From the NCBI GenBank assembly GCA_965197475.1, contig CBDANF010000003.1, positions 1,824,001 to 1,888,000 on the forward strand: 64,000 nt of DNA. The letters are read 5' to 3'. Below, piece by piece: positions 30,135-40,573 of the stretch. Origin of the DNA: Candidatus Poribacteria bacterium. GTDB taxonomy: Bacteria; Poribacteria; WGA-4E; WGA-3G. The position numbers and the translations under genes were made by a program. Numbering within the stretch: the first letter of the stretch is position 1; each line of letters opens with the position of its first letter. The notes below the pieces were generated by a model. The model saw only the letters and a program-made list of their open reading frames with translations. It was not told the DNA's origin and ran no database searches.

Positions 30135-31658
30135 ATGCGTAAAATTTTAGTGTTTGCTTAATGATTCTCTTTTGGAGTATGATCGCAGAGTCGTCTTTGC
30201 TCTACCAGCATTTTATAAAATGTTCCGTGCCAAATATAAGTGGACAGGCGGTTGTAACGTATGCCATTTCTCAAAAAAGGGTGGAGATTCACCTAACCCC
30301 TACGGCAGGGAATTCCTACACAACAGTATGAATTCGTCAACCTTTCTTCGAATCGCAGAGGCGGATTCTGATAAAGATGGGTTTAGCAACATCGCAGAAA
30401 TTATCGCCCATTCTTACCCAGGGGATGCTGCCAGTACGCCAGAAAATGTTGAGTCTCCAAACGATCCCTCTGAGTCAGATGACGCATTAGACCTTGACGC
30501 TGAGGACATTTTTAGTTTCGATGACGCGGACACAACAGAAGATACAGGCAGTTCAGAATTTCTTGGTGGCGCATTCGGAAACCTTGTATTTGGAGGCGCG
30601 TTGGATATCCGCCGCATCACTCATGGACAGGATTTGATACCCGATAGGCAAAATTGGGATACCGGCACTACGCTCATCCACGCCGCTGAATTTGTCGTGA
30701 CAACCAGTGTTGGTGACCATGTGAGTCTATTAGGTGAACAATTACTGACGACATCTCCGTTAGGAACGCAGGTGGCAGATGACCATGGGTTTGTTTACGC
30801 AATTCTGACAGGACTCCCAGTTTTACCAAAAGGTGCGTCTCTGAAAATTGGTCGGTTTCGACACGGTTTCGGCATTGATACCAAGTCGGACGCTGCGGCG
30901 AATCCGCTGTACAATCTGGTGCGAAAGAATATCGGTTTTATTTCTGACCGTGGATTTCAACTCAACGGTTTCGTTGGCCCCGTCTCATACACGTTATCGC
31001 TTGCGGATGGACCGGATTCACTCCGCACTGTCACAGAGGGAACGGTAACAACAGGTATCCGAATCGGACCACACGGCAGCGGCGGTGGTATTTTGAAACC
31101 GATTCAAAACAATAGCCCCCTCTGTTTCTGCATGTGAACAGCAACCTTCCTTTGTTCGGAAAGCGGATTTGGCTCGGCGGATCCTATTTTGATGGTAATA
31201 GTTATCCGTTTAATCCGATTAACGGTGATGTCAACCCATCAACGCTGATCTACAAATGCCGTGTTGGTCTTGCAACCAGTTTCAAGTTGTGGCATGTTGA
31301 TCTCGCTGCGGAATGGGTCCGTGGAAAAGATACACAACTCTTGAAATATCTACATATTCCGATACCAGCGAAAGACCGCAATGCAACGGTGGAGGGGTAT
31401 TATCTCCACGCGGAGTTACCTTTGACAGAAACTTTAGATGTTCGGTTAAAATATGATGTATGGAATCCGAATAGAGAGAAATTTAGCCCGTTTGCCTTTA
31501 ATCGGGAACAAGAAGAACCGGACTGGTCAACACTTGGTGGTGCGCTGACATGGCATTTTGCAGAAGGTGCTTTAGCACGGTTTGTTTACCAAATAAATAA
31601 CGTTGAAAAACCGACGCGAAGTGCAGCAATTGTTCCGCAGCTTTTAGTTGAATTTTGA
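30135..31658 (+). pseudogene. Cytochrome c (CxxCH)-porin fusion split by three apparent 1-nt deletions (pseudogene or assembly error)
   Basis: AAGGA RBS and ATG at 30135; CNVCH..NPYG..F..DSDKDG..N..EI..PGD; beta-barrel strands ending LVEF; frameshifts near 30158, 30190 and the C5 run at 31116-31120. Confidence 0.7.
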
Positions 31659-31743
31659 TCGAAACTTGATCAGAATACAGCAAGTGCTAATTTTGAAATA
31701 GCACTTGCCAGAATTTACGAGATAGCTTAGTGTTGTGTAATAA

Positions 31744-31778
31744 GCAAGGGCGAGGAATAGTTTTTACCTCGCCCTGCT
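31744..31778. terminator. Hairpin between convergent units
   Basis: gcaagggcgagg...cctcgccctgc. Confidence 0.5.
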
Positions 31779-31877
31779 ATAATTGACAATGCGTTGTATT
31801 GTTTAACGCAATAAGTCGTTTTGGGATTGGTTAAATTGAGTTTCACAATAAAATTCAGAATTTTAAAGCGGAATTAG

Positions 31878-32346
31878 TCATACATCGCTTAAATCCAATT
31901 CAGTTTTTCTATCCGTAATATCAAGTTCAAATACTCCGTTTCTTAACGCTTTCCTGATTTCATTAAGGAGTGGTTTCAAAGCTTTATCAGTAAGAGCATT
32001 AACAGTTTGGCAACGTGCTATTACTATGTGTCCGTATTCCCCACGCTTATATATAATACCTCGCCTATAGTATTTAGGGTGTTCCCACAATACTATACCA
32101 TATACGACAGTAATTTCTTCAGCATAAATTAATCTTGCGGTATCTACACATTTACTATTATTAACGTGAGCTCGGTGTAAGAGATGTGAAGTTTTTAATG
32201 CTTGAATTCTACTTTCACAGCCACGGTAGGTGCGGTTTCTAACCGCACCGATTCCTAAAAATTGCTTATGCCGAGCTCACGTTATTATTAAGTTCAAATC
32301 TACATATTTTATCAGGAAAATCTAAATGCCTGAACACTATGGTCAT
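31878..32346 (-). pseudogene. 113-aa hypothetical gene interrupted by a MITE
   Basis: AGGAG RBS and ATG at 32346; removing 32164-32282 plus one TSD restores a 342-nt ORF (MTIVFRHLDF...NNSKCVDTARL...WEHPKY...). Confidence 0.75.
32164..32282. mobile_element. MITE, possibly IS982-derived (5'-AC ends, 8-bp TSD)
   Basis: acgtgagctcgg ... ccgagctcacgt with perfect TATTATTA direct repeats; internal gtaggtgcggtttctaaccgcacc hairpin. Confidence 0.85.
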
Positions 32347-32365
32347 AATAACTATCTCCTTATTT

Positions 32366-32625
32366 TCAACGTGATTTGTCAATTTGTATATGCTCAAGCA
32401 GTTTTATCGCATCGTCTTTTCTTTGTCTATCCTCATGCAACATGATTGGGTTATCATTCAAATTAAAATCTAACCACATCATTTTACCGCATTTCTCTAT
32501 AGTATCTTTTATTGCAATATCTTTACCTTTATGTAAATTAAGAATTTCTGGTTCGTGTGAGTAAAATAATTTGTAAATCCAATGCTTATCCGATTTAGGA
32601 TACGCCTCAAATATTATCTGGTGTT
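32366..32625 (-). pseudogene. 3' half of the split terminase-like gene (5' half at 42144-42654)
   Basis: HQIIFEAYPKSDKHWIYKLF joins in frame to ...SQNKQ across the swapped 3-bp TSD. Confidence 0.75.
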
Positions 32626-33870
32626 TGTACTGCCACCGGAAATTCGGGCCGCTCTCTAAGACAAGATTATGGTATAATATCCATCTCCTTGAAAGGAGTA
32701 TCCGATGGCGAAACGAAAACGAAGAAACTTCACCCCCGAGTTTAAAGCCGAAGTTGTTCTTGAGGCTCTCAGCGTTGAAAGTTCCCAAGCAGAAGTGTGT
32801 CGGCGACATAACCTCATCGATGAACAACTTTCAAAGTGGAAGCGACAGCTTCTTGAAAAAGCGGCGACCCTCTTTGAACCCGCTGATAAACAGTCTGATG
32901 CCTCTGCGGAGCGGATCGCCCAACTTGAGCAACTCGTTGGGCGGTTGACCTTGGCACTTGACATCCAAAAAAAAGCCTCAACTTACTTGAGTTAGCCTCG
33001 ATGGAGCAGCGAGAAATGGTTACGGCATTACGGACAGACTTTTCGGTTCGGCAGATATGTGAGACACTCGGTTTCAACCGAAGCAACCTCTATTATCACT
33101 CCAAGCAGGCCCCGTGTGAAGCGGGCCTCCAGGATGAAATAGAGACGTTATCTTTGCTATATCCAACATACGGATATAGGCGTCCCACACAGTTGTTGGT
33201 GCGTAGCGGATACACCATCGGGTATAAACGTGTTGCCCGATTGATGAAGTCCGCCAACCTCTCGGTTTCTGTCAAGCGTGTCTGTCAAACCACGACATCC
33301 GTTGCGGGTGTGCGTCCCTGGAGCAATCGCCTTGAAAACCTTGATGTCTCCCGATGTAATCAGGTCTGGGTGGGCGATATTACCTACGTCCGCCTCAAAG
33401 GACACTTTATCTATGTTTGTCTGCTCATGGATGTCTTCACTCGCATGATCAGAGGGTGGCATATCAGTCAACACTTGACGCAATCTCTGACGTTGAAACC
33501 CTTGGAGACAGCATTATGTCAAAGTGTCCCAGAGATCCATCATTCTGATCAAGGCGTTCAATATCTTTCAAATGCGTCCATCTCACTGCTTAGGCATCAT
33601 GGGATTGAGATTTCAGTCGCCCGGAGAGGGTGTCCTTGGGAGAACGGATATGCTGAAAGACTTATCCGCACGCTCAAGGAAGAAGAAGTTCATCTCAATG
33701 ACTATGAGGACATCCACGAAGCAAGAACCCGCATTGGGCATTTTATTACACAAGTGTATAATCACAAACGCCCTCACTCTGCGTTAGGGTATTTGACACC
33801 TGTGGAATTTGAGCAAAAAAACTTGTCTTAACTTTGCTAAATTTTGGTCTGAATAAACGGTAGCACTTCA
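32626..33870 (+). mobile_element. IS3-family insertion sequence, copy 1 (1245 bp)
   Basis: TG...CA ends (tgtactgccaccg / cggtagcacttca), orfA and orfB. Confidence 0.95.
32705..33831 (+). CDS. IS3 transposase OrfAB (orfA 32705-32995, orfB to 33831) via -1 frameshift
   Basis: HTH RRNFTPEFKAEVV; WVGDITY, HHSDQG and ENGYAER DDE motifs; A8G slippery run at 32967-32975. Confidence 0.93.
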
Positions 33871-34199
33871 AAGTTGAAGTTATTGTTATTGACCTTAACC
33901 AACAAAATAGTAAAAAACTCCCTACACTAAGGTTGAAATCCAAGCACGATGAATGGATCTGTAAATTAGACGAGAAGGGATATCGTGAGGGTTCAGAAGT
34001 CCAAGTCACCATCACCGCTATTCATGAAACGCACGGAGCATTTGCCGAACTTGAAGAAGGAGTTTCAGGACTGATGCACCACTCAATTATTCCTCCAGAT
34101 TACTCTAAATTACTGAGCGAAGGTGAAGACATTCTAGCAAGTATATCACGTATTGATCGTGAAAACGAAAAAATAGACTTACGCCCTACCGTTGAGTAA
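33871..34199 (+). pseudogene. 5'-truncated S1 RNA-binding-domain gene
   Basis: GSEVQVTIT.I...GAFAELEEGVSGLMH S1 motif; frame open up to the IS end. Confidence 0.65.
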
Positions 34200-34316
34200 G
34201 ATTCCATCCGGCAAATTGCAAAAAATATAATTGGTTAGTGATGTTCAAAACTAGTTTATTTTTTCTATTGCTCACAATTACATGATGGGGAAAGGTAGGC
34301 GTTAAAACCACGCAAA

Positions 34317-34354
34317 AGAGACAGGAAGACAAAAATCCTCCTGTCTCTTTTTTT
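34317..34354 (+). terminator. Rho-independent terminator
   Basis: agagacagga...tcctgtctct followed by a T run. Confidence 0.65.
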
Positions 34355-34729
34355 ATTACACGTCAATCCGTTCTGTGCCATCCGATTCCCTACTAAAGTT
34401 TGGACAATTTACGCACTATTCAAGTAAACATCCAAAGAAACTGTCAAAAAATTTCAGTTTGAAAAATCGCTAAAAGTGTGCTAAAATTAATCACAATAAA
34501 TGGCTCCATTGAAAGCACCCCAAATTTTATTATAGGAGAGTTAACATGCGACCGCTAACGATTTCGTTACCAGATTATCTCTATGAGAAATTGACACAAC
34601 AAGCGCAAGCGTTTGAAACTTCTCTTGCAATTTAACTTGCAGGCGGTTTTGAAATATGTTAAAATCATAATAGCACAAACAGAAAATCAGAGGATTAAAT
34701 TTCATTTTTAAGAAATAAGGAGTTACCTT

Positions 34730-34978
34730 ATGCCAAAACCGAGTGCCTCCAAAAAAAATATATCAAAATTCATAAAACCTGATATGTCTGACCAGGATAA
34801 CACAATAGCAAATACCGATGCGCCACTTCCAAAAAAAGAGGGAGGAGGTGTTCCACCACCAAAATATACGCTTGAACAACTTCTTGCAAACATACCAGAA
34901 CCAGAGCTCAAAGTGTTGATGTCTAATTCTTCCGAGGAAGTGGATACAGGAAAGTCGGTAGGCAAGGAGGTATGGTAA
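34730..34978 (+). CDS. MazE-like antitoxin; only the C-terminal toxin-binding part is recognisable
   Basis: KYTLEQLLANI...EEVDTGKSVGKEVW; directly upstream of mazF. Confidence 0.75.
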   Translation: MPKPSASKKNISKFIKPDMSDQDNTIANTDAPLPKKEGGGVPPPKYTLEQLLANIPEPELKVLMSNSSEEVDTGKSVGKEVW

Positions 34979-34985
34979 ATTTGCC

Positions 34986-35369
34986 ATGTATATTCCACGA
35001 CGTGGTGATATAGTATGGATTAACTTTGATCCTCAAGCAGGACATGAACAAGCAAATGTGCGTCCTGCCCTTGTACTTTCAGATGAACAGTATAATCGTA
35101 GGTTACGTCTTGCAATAATGTGTCCAATTACGACCCGCCGTGCTTCCTATCGAAGAGATCTTGATGTCTCTATCCCTCCAGAAGTAACAATTCGAAACAA
35201 AAACTCTACAGGTTTAATCAAACTCACTGGCGTAATTCAGTCTGATCATATCAAAAGTCTTGATTGGTTGGAAAGAGACGCGAGGTACGCGGGTGATATG
35301 CCCAATGATGCAGTAAATCAGGTTCTACAAATAGTTGGAACACTTGTTAAAATTTGGAATGTCCAATAA
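34986..35369 (+). CDS. mazF: MazF/PemK endoribonuclease toxin
   Basis: YIPRRGDIVWINFDPQAGHEQ..RPALVLS..CPIT..DHIKSLDW..R. Confidence 0.92.
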   Translation: MYIPRRGDIVWINFDPQAGHEQANVRPALVLSDEQYNRRLRLAIMCPITTRRASYRRDLDVSIPPEVTIRNKNSTGLIKLTGVIQSDHIKSLDWLERDARYAGDMPNDAVNQVLQIVGTLVKIWNVQ

Positions 35370-35461
35370 TTCAACTGCCTATTGATGTTGGAAAGGCGTT
35401 GTTATTCGCTTCACGGACATAAAAATAACATATCCGTATATATTCTCTAAGGAGATGGCGA

Positions 35462-35750
35462 TATGTCTCAACCCACAGACACCCATCGTACAGCGAAAGA
35501 CCTGTCGCCAGAAAAATTAAAGGAATACCTCTTACGTCTTGACGAGCATTCCAAAACCCGTGATTTCTCAAAAGACGTTTGAACTTTTACAAGAACTTTT
35601 AGAGTTTCGTGGTGTTTCAATAATATCTATGGAGAAGAATTGATTTACGAAAGAACAGAGAAAAATGCCAAACAAATTGGCAATTTGTTAAACTGCCTCT
35701 CCAAAGAACTGGATGCCTTCATTACATATCTCAAGCGACAGGAAAATGAC
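35462..35750 (+). pseudogene. Remnant of a probable nucleotidyltransferase-HEPN toxin-antitoxin pair
   Basis: AAGGAG RBS and MSQPTDTHRTAKDLSPEKLKEY, then frameshifted PVISQKTFELLQELLEFR..NNIYG HEPN-like tail. Confidence 0.45.
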
Positions 35751-36900
35751 TGAACACACCTTCCTCCAACAGATCAACGACTTCTGCCGATTGCTCCGAC
35801 AGATGGGTGTCAACGTAACAACAACCAATCAGCTGAGCTGGTGCAGAAGCACTCAGTTGATAGACATCGGTGAACGGGAAACATTTTATCATACAGCACG
35901 AACGAATCTTATCGCTAACGAAACAGACCGTGAGACATTTGATACGGCTTTCAATCTGTTCTGGCGATACCCACGACCCGAATTCCAAGCTGTTGATACG
36001 GGTGGAGAATATCCAGAACCCTCTGCCTTGCAAGACCTTTCTGATGAAAGCGATGCGGAAAACGTAATAGAACAGTGGTTGGATTTTGAGGGAGATGATG
36101 AAGAACAACAGGAAGACGATCCTATCGCGTATAGCGTAGAAGAAGTCCTGACTCGAAAGGATTTTAGCGAATTCACTACGGAGGATATGGAGAAAGCACG
36201 GGATATTGTCGCAAAATTAGCGAAAGTATTGGCAACAAGACTAAGTAGACGAAAGGTGATTAGCAAAAAGAGGAAGACTATCGACTTCCGAAGAAGTTGG
36301 CGGAGAAGTCTTGCACACGGTGGTGAACTGATCGAATTAATGCGAAAACAGCAGAAGATCAAAAAGGCAAAAATTCTACTTCTCTGTGATGTGAGCGGAT
36401 CTATGGATTGTTATGCCAAATTCCTCATCCAATTTATCTACGGGATGCAACAAGAATTAAGAGAAGTAGAGGTAGCAGTTTTCAGCACACACTTGACAAA
36501 CATTACGGGACTTCTGCGACGTAAGGGTTTGGCGGAAGGATTAAATGAAGTAGCGAACGTCGTTCCAGATTGGTCGGGTGGCACAAAGATTGGTGAAAGT
36601 CTGTTAGAATTTTGTCGGCAGTTTGCTCCGTCTTTTTCTGCATATCGTTCAGTTGTAATTCTCATTAGTGATGGTTGGGATAGGGGAGATGCGGATCTGC
36701 TCCGCCGATCTATGGAAATGCTGCATCGGCATGCGTATAAACTTATTTGGCTCAATCCGTTGCTCGGTAGCAATACCTATCAACCGATTTGTCGGGGAAT
36801 CCGCACTGCACTGCCTTATGTAGACTATTTCCTTCCGGCGCATAATTTAGAGAGTTTAGCGCAGCTGACAAAGGTATTAATCCCACTCTGGGCAAAATGA
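35746..36900 (+). CDS. VWA-domain CoxE-like protein
   Basis: CDVSGSM, WSGGTKIG, ISDGWD.G, WLNPL motifs. Confidence 0.9.
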   Translation: MTEHTFLQQINDFCRLLRQMGVNVTTTNQLSWCRSTQLIDIGERETFYHTARTNLIANETDRETFDTAFNLFWRYPRPEFQAVDTGGEYPEPSALQDLSDESDAENVIEQWLDFEGDDEEQQEDDPIAYSVEEVLTRKDFSEFTTEDMEKARDIVAKLAKVLATRLSRRKVISKKRKTIDFRRSWRRSLAHGGELIELMRKQQKIKKAKILLLCDVSGSMDCYAKFLIQFIYGMQQELREVEVAVFSTHLTNITGLLRRKGLAEGLNEVANVVPDWSGGTKIGESLLEFCRQFAPSFSAYRSVVILISDGWDRGDADLLRRSMEMLHRHAYKLIWLNPLLGSNTYQPICRGIRTALPYVDYFLPAHNLESLAQLTKVLIPLWAK

Positions 36901-36943
36901 GTGGTGTCTGTAAACTATAGAAAACAAGCAAGGAATTCTAACT

Positions 36944-38068
36944 ATGCAAGTTCAAGCAGCGGTGATGCTCCAGCCGGGGCAGATAGAAATCCGCGAATTT
37001 GAGAAACCAACACCCGCAGACGACTCCCTTCTGCTACAGGTTGACAAGGTCGGTATCTGTGGAAGTGATAAGCACATGTACCTTGGACACACGGCACTGA
37101 AATTTCCTGTTATCCCAGGGCACGAAGTCGTCGGCACGGTCGCTGAGATCGGTAAAAATGCAAATCAAGTTATGAATGTGATGGGAGGTCCCATCAAAGC
37201 AGGTGACAGAATCACTGTGGTGCCAGGATCAAAAAACTGTGGCAGATGCTACTACTGTTTGCATGTGCCCGGACGTCCGACCTTGTGTTCTGGGCGAACC
37301 ATTTATGGGTTTAGCAACAGCGAAACACCACCCTATCTAAACGGTGAATTCTCTGAATATACCTATGTTCACGGTAACTCTTGGGTTTACAAGATACCCG
37401 CAGACATCCCAGAAGAAATTTCTGTCCTGACAGAACCTGTTGCAGTTGCAACGCGCGCTGTTGAACGCGCTTGTGCACCCGGATTGCCGCAGGTCGGGGA
37501 CGGATACAGCATCGGAAGCAGCGTTGCCGTGCTCGGGTGCGGTCCGATCGGTCTCCTTGTCATTGCTGTATTGAGGGATAGTGGCGCAGGCATTATCATT
37601 GCCACCGACCTTGTAGATAGCTGTCTGCAGATGGCAGAGCAGATGGGAGCAGACGTAGTCATAAATGTTGGGAAGACCACTCCCGAAGAACGGGTTGAAC
37701 AGATTCAGTCCTTCACAAATGGTGTTGGCGTAGACATCTCGATTGAATGTGCTGGCATACCTGCAGTTTTTTCCGAAGCATTAGATGTCGTAAGACGGGG
37801 TGGGAAGGTTATCGAAGTCGGACACTACACCGATGCTGGTGATACTCAAGTGAGACCGCATCAAATTTGTAACAAAGACCTTGATGTCTGTGGGGTGTGG
37901 GCATATCCACAAATCCAATTTCAGACAGCGTTGGATTTTCTTCAACGCACGCGCGCGCCGCTACACAAGCTGATAACGCATCATCTTCCGTTAAATCAAT
38001 TAGAAGACGGTATTGATATGCTCGGCAAAGAAGGCGTTTACAAGGTCGTGATTGAACCACAATCCTAA
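36944..38068 (+). CDS. Zn-dependent alcohol/sugar dehydrogenase (MDR family)
   Basis: GICGSD, GHE, CxxCxxC, GCGPIG. Confidence 0.92.
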   Translation: MQVQAAVMLQPGQIEIREFEKPTPADDSLLLQVDKVGICGSDKHMYLGHTALKFPVIPGHEVVGTVAEIGKNANQVMNVMGGPIKAGDRITVVPGSKNCGRCYYCLHVPGRPTLCSGRTIYGFSNSETPPYLNGEFSEYTYVHGNSWVYKIPADIPEEISVLTEPVAVATRAVERACAPGLPQVGDGYSIGSSVAVLGCGPIGLLVIAVLRDSGAGIIIATDLVDSCLQMAEQMGADVVINVGKTTPEERVEQIQSFTNGVGVDISIECAGIPAVFSEALDVVRRGGKVIEVGHYTDAGDTQVRPHQICNKDLDVCGVWAYPQIQFQTALDFLQRTRAPLHKLITHHLPLNQLEDGIDMLGKEGVYKVVIEPQS

Positions 38069-38127
38069 GGGTGTTTCGTAAAAACGCTGAATTATCATCA
38101 AACTATCAAATGAAATCCAATACATAG

Positions 38128-39123
38128 GTGAAAAAAATGAAAAATCAAAAATGCCTGTTCATTTTACTATGTTGTCAGGTAATGTTGTCCCTCTTCTGCT
38201 TTAACAGTGTGAAGGTCTTTGCCGATGATGGACCATCTAAAAAACCAAAAGAGTCTTCGCTTTACAGAACGATCGAAAATGCAAAAACGTATATTGTGAA
38301 GCACCAAAATAAAGATGGCGGCTGGCCGCTGATACCGGGTGAAGAAAGTGATGTGGAAATTACCGCTCTCGCTATCTGGGCGTTAACCGAAGCCGGTTGG
38401 GGAACCGGATCACGGGTCATTCGCAGCGGAGTCAGGTATTTGAGGAGCAAGCAGCGTGAAAATGGTAGTTGGAACAACAATACTGCTCACACTGCCTTCG
38501 CACTCGTCGCTTTGGCAAATGCAAAAACAGATTCGGATGCAAGATTTAATGGACTGCAGTGGCTTAAGAACGCACAGAATCCCAGTGGTAGTTGGGGGCG
38601 CAAAAGCAAGGGCCCCGGACATGTCCTTTATACTTCTGCAACGCTTGTCGGATTTAAAAAACTTGGTTTCACCCGGACGCGTTTCAACCCTGTTCTTACC
38701 GGCATGGAGTGGCTTGAGGTTCTGGAACATCGAAATTTCGAAGGCTATTGGACTCTACCCAGTGGAACTCAATCAGATATTTTTGTGACATCTTGGGCAC
38801 TGCACGGTTTATCGCCTGACTACGACCTTGATGAAATGATCGCTTGGGTAAAGCAATTCCAGAACAAGGATGGGGGATTCCCCAGATTCAAAGGTAGACC
38901 GAGTGACCCAGAGGTCACTGCTGCTGCTGTGATGACATTTGCCGCTTATAATGACCCACTAAATACGCGCCGCATCGCAGTTTCCTATCTAACAAAAGCA
39001 CAAGAGGCGGATGGTAGTTTTGTGAGCGATATTCCAATAGAACTCAAGGCACCCGCTGCCAACCTACAATCTACCTGTTTCGTACTGATCGCCATCCATG
39101 CGAAAACAGATAGTGATCGTTAA
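38128..39123 (+). CDS. Exported prenyltransferase/squalene-cyclase (QW) repeat protein
   Basis: Repeated Q..DGGW / QRENGSW / QNPSGSW motifs; signal peptide. Confidence 0.85.
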   Translation: MKKMKNQKCLFILLCCQVMLSLFCFNSVKVFADDGPSKKPKESSLYRTIENAKTYIVKHQNKDGGWPLIPGEESDVEITALAIWALTEAGWGTGSRVIRSGVRYLRSKQRENGSWNNNTAHTAFALVALANAKTDSDARFNGLQWLKNAQNPSGSWGRKSKGPGHVLYTSATLVGFKKLGFTRTRFNPVLTGMEWLEVLEHRNFEGYWTLPSGTQSDIFVTSWALHGLSPDYDLDEMIAWVKQFQNKDGGFPRFKGRPSDPEVTAAAVMTFAAYNDPLNTRRIAVSYLTKAQEADGSFVSDIPIELKAPAANLQSTCFVLIAIHAKTDSDR

Positions 39124-39286
39124 ACAACGCAATTAGTAGTTTTGGGATTTGAAATTGCTGTTTTTTGGGCAAAAATTTAATTTTAAAAAATGCTATAAAG
39201 TTAGCCCACATCTATGTTCTCAGGCAATTTTTTCTTGACAAATAAGTTCCTCACCGAATCTGTGCGATTATGAAAGGTCGTTTTCT

Positions 39287-40507
39287 ATGACTATCAATAT
39301 TAAGCCAAAGACGATATTTACTGGGGACAATCTCCCTATCATGCGAGGCATGAATAGCGAATCGGTTGATTTGATATACTTGGATCCGCCGTTCAATAGC
39401 AAAGCGAATTACGCCGCACCGATTGGCTCTGAGGCAGCTGGTGCGGAATTCAAAGATACGTGGACACTTAAGGATGTTGACACTGCTTGGCTTGACCTCA
39501 TCGAAGCGAAACACCCTGCCCTGAACCGAGTGATCCACGCAGCGATGTCAAACTCTGATAAATCCTACCTGATTTACATGGCGGTTCGGTTACTGGAGAT
39601 GCACCGCATTCTGAAAGACACGGGTAGCATTTACCTACATTGCGATCCCACAATGATCCATTATTTGAAGTTGGTTATGGATGCAATTTTTGGTAAACAG
39701 CACTTTCAAAATGAAATTATATGGTGTTATGAAAGAGGGTCACGAAGAAAAAGTCAATTTGGTCGTAAACATGACGTGATTTTCTTTTATTCAAAGACTA
39801 AAAATTATGTTTTTGATTCCGATGCAGTTAGGATAGAGCGTCGGAAAACACACATGAAAGTTGAAACGGATTTAGAAGGTCGCACATGGCAAGTTAAGAA
39901 GGATGCAAAATCAGGAAAAGTCTATCGTTATCCAACCGATGTTGGTGTTCTTTGTCCTGATTGGTGGATTGGTATTCAGCAATTAAATCGCAATGAAAAA
40001 GAGAGGCTTGGCTACCCAACTCAAAAACCGCTTGCGTTGCTTGACCGTATCATCAAAGCATCATCTAACGAAGGCAATGTGGTTTTCGATCCATTTTGCG
40101 GGTGCGCCACAACCCTTGTCGCGGCGGATAGGCTCCAACGTGAATGGATCGGTATTGACATATCAGCGAAAGCCGCTGAATTGGTTGTTGAACGTATCAG
40201 AGACGATCAGGGATTGTTTGAAGACATTATTGCACGCGACGACATACCCAACCGCACGGATTTAGGCAATATTCCCCGCTATAACGCCCCGGAAAACAAA
40301 ACCCAACTCTATAGGGAGCAAGCTGGGAATTGTAACGGATGCGGTGAGCATTTCCAAAAGCAACACCTTGAAATTGATCACATCATTGCAACGTCTGTTG
40401 GGGGAACTGACCATATTGAAAACTTGCAACTGCTCTGTAGCCACTGTAACAGAATCAAAGGTGACCGAGGGCAGGAGTATCTGATCTCAAGACTCAATAA
40501 AGATTGA
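39287..40507 (+). CDS. N6/N4 DNA methyltransferase fused to a C-terminal HNH endonuclease
   Basis: LIYLDPPF, YPTQKP, DPFCGC; CNGC..DHI..NLQLLCSHCN. Confidence 0.9.
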   Translation: MTINIKPKTIFTGDNLPIMRGMNSESVDLIYLDPPFNSKANYAAPIGSEAAGAEFKDTWTLKDVDTAWLDLIEAKHPALNRVIHAAMSNSDKSYLIYMAVRLLEMHRILKDTGSIYLHCDPTMIHYLKLVMDAIFGKQHFQNEIIWCYERGSRRKSQFGRKHDVIFFYSKTKNYVFDSDAVRIERRKTHMKVETDLEGRTWQVKKDAKSGKVYRYPTDVGVLCPDWWIGIQQLNRNEKERLGYPTQKPLALLDRIIKASSNEGNVVFDPFCGCATTLVAADRLQREWIGIDISAKAAELVVERIRDDQGLFEDIIARDDIPNRTDLGNIPRYNAPENKTQLYREQAGNCNGCGEHFQKQHLEIDHIIATSVGGTDHIENLQLLCSHCNRIKGDRGQEYLISRLNKD

Positions 40508-40573
40508 ACTGTAAAAACTAACTTTAAGCAATTCAAAACCACTTATTGCAAATTATTTCAGAAGGAAAAGAGA

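Noticed and set aside
31135-31137. TGA ending ORF 30154-31137 as a possible Sec codon
   Set aside because: The protein continues in a different frame after the C5 run, so this is a frameshift rather than read-through.
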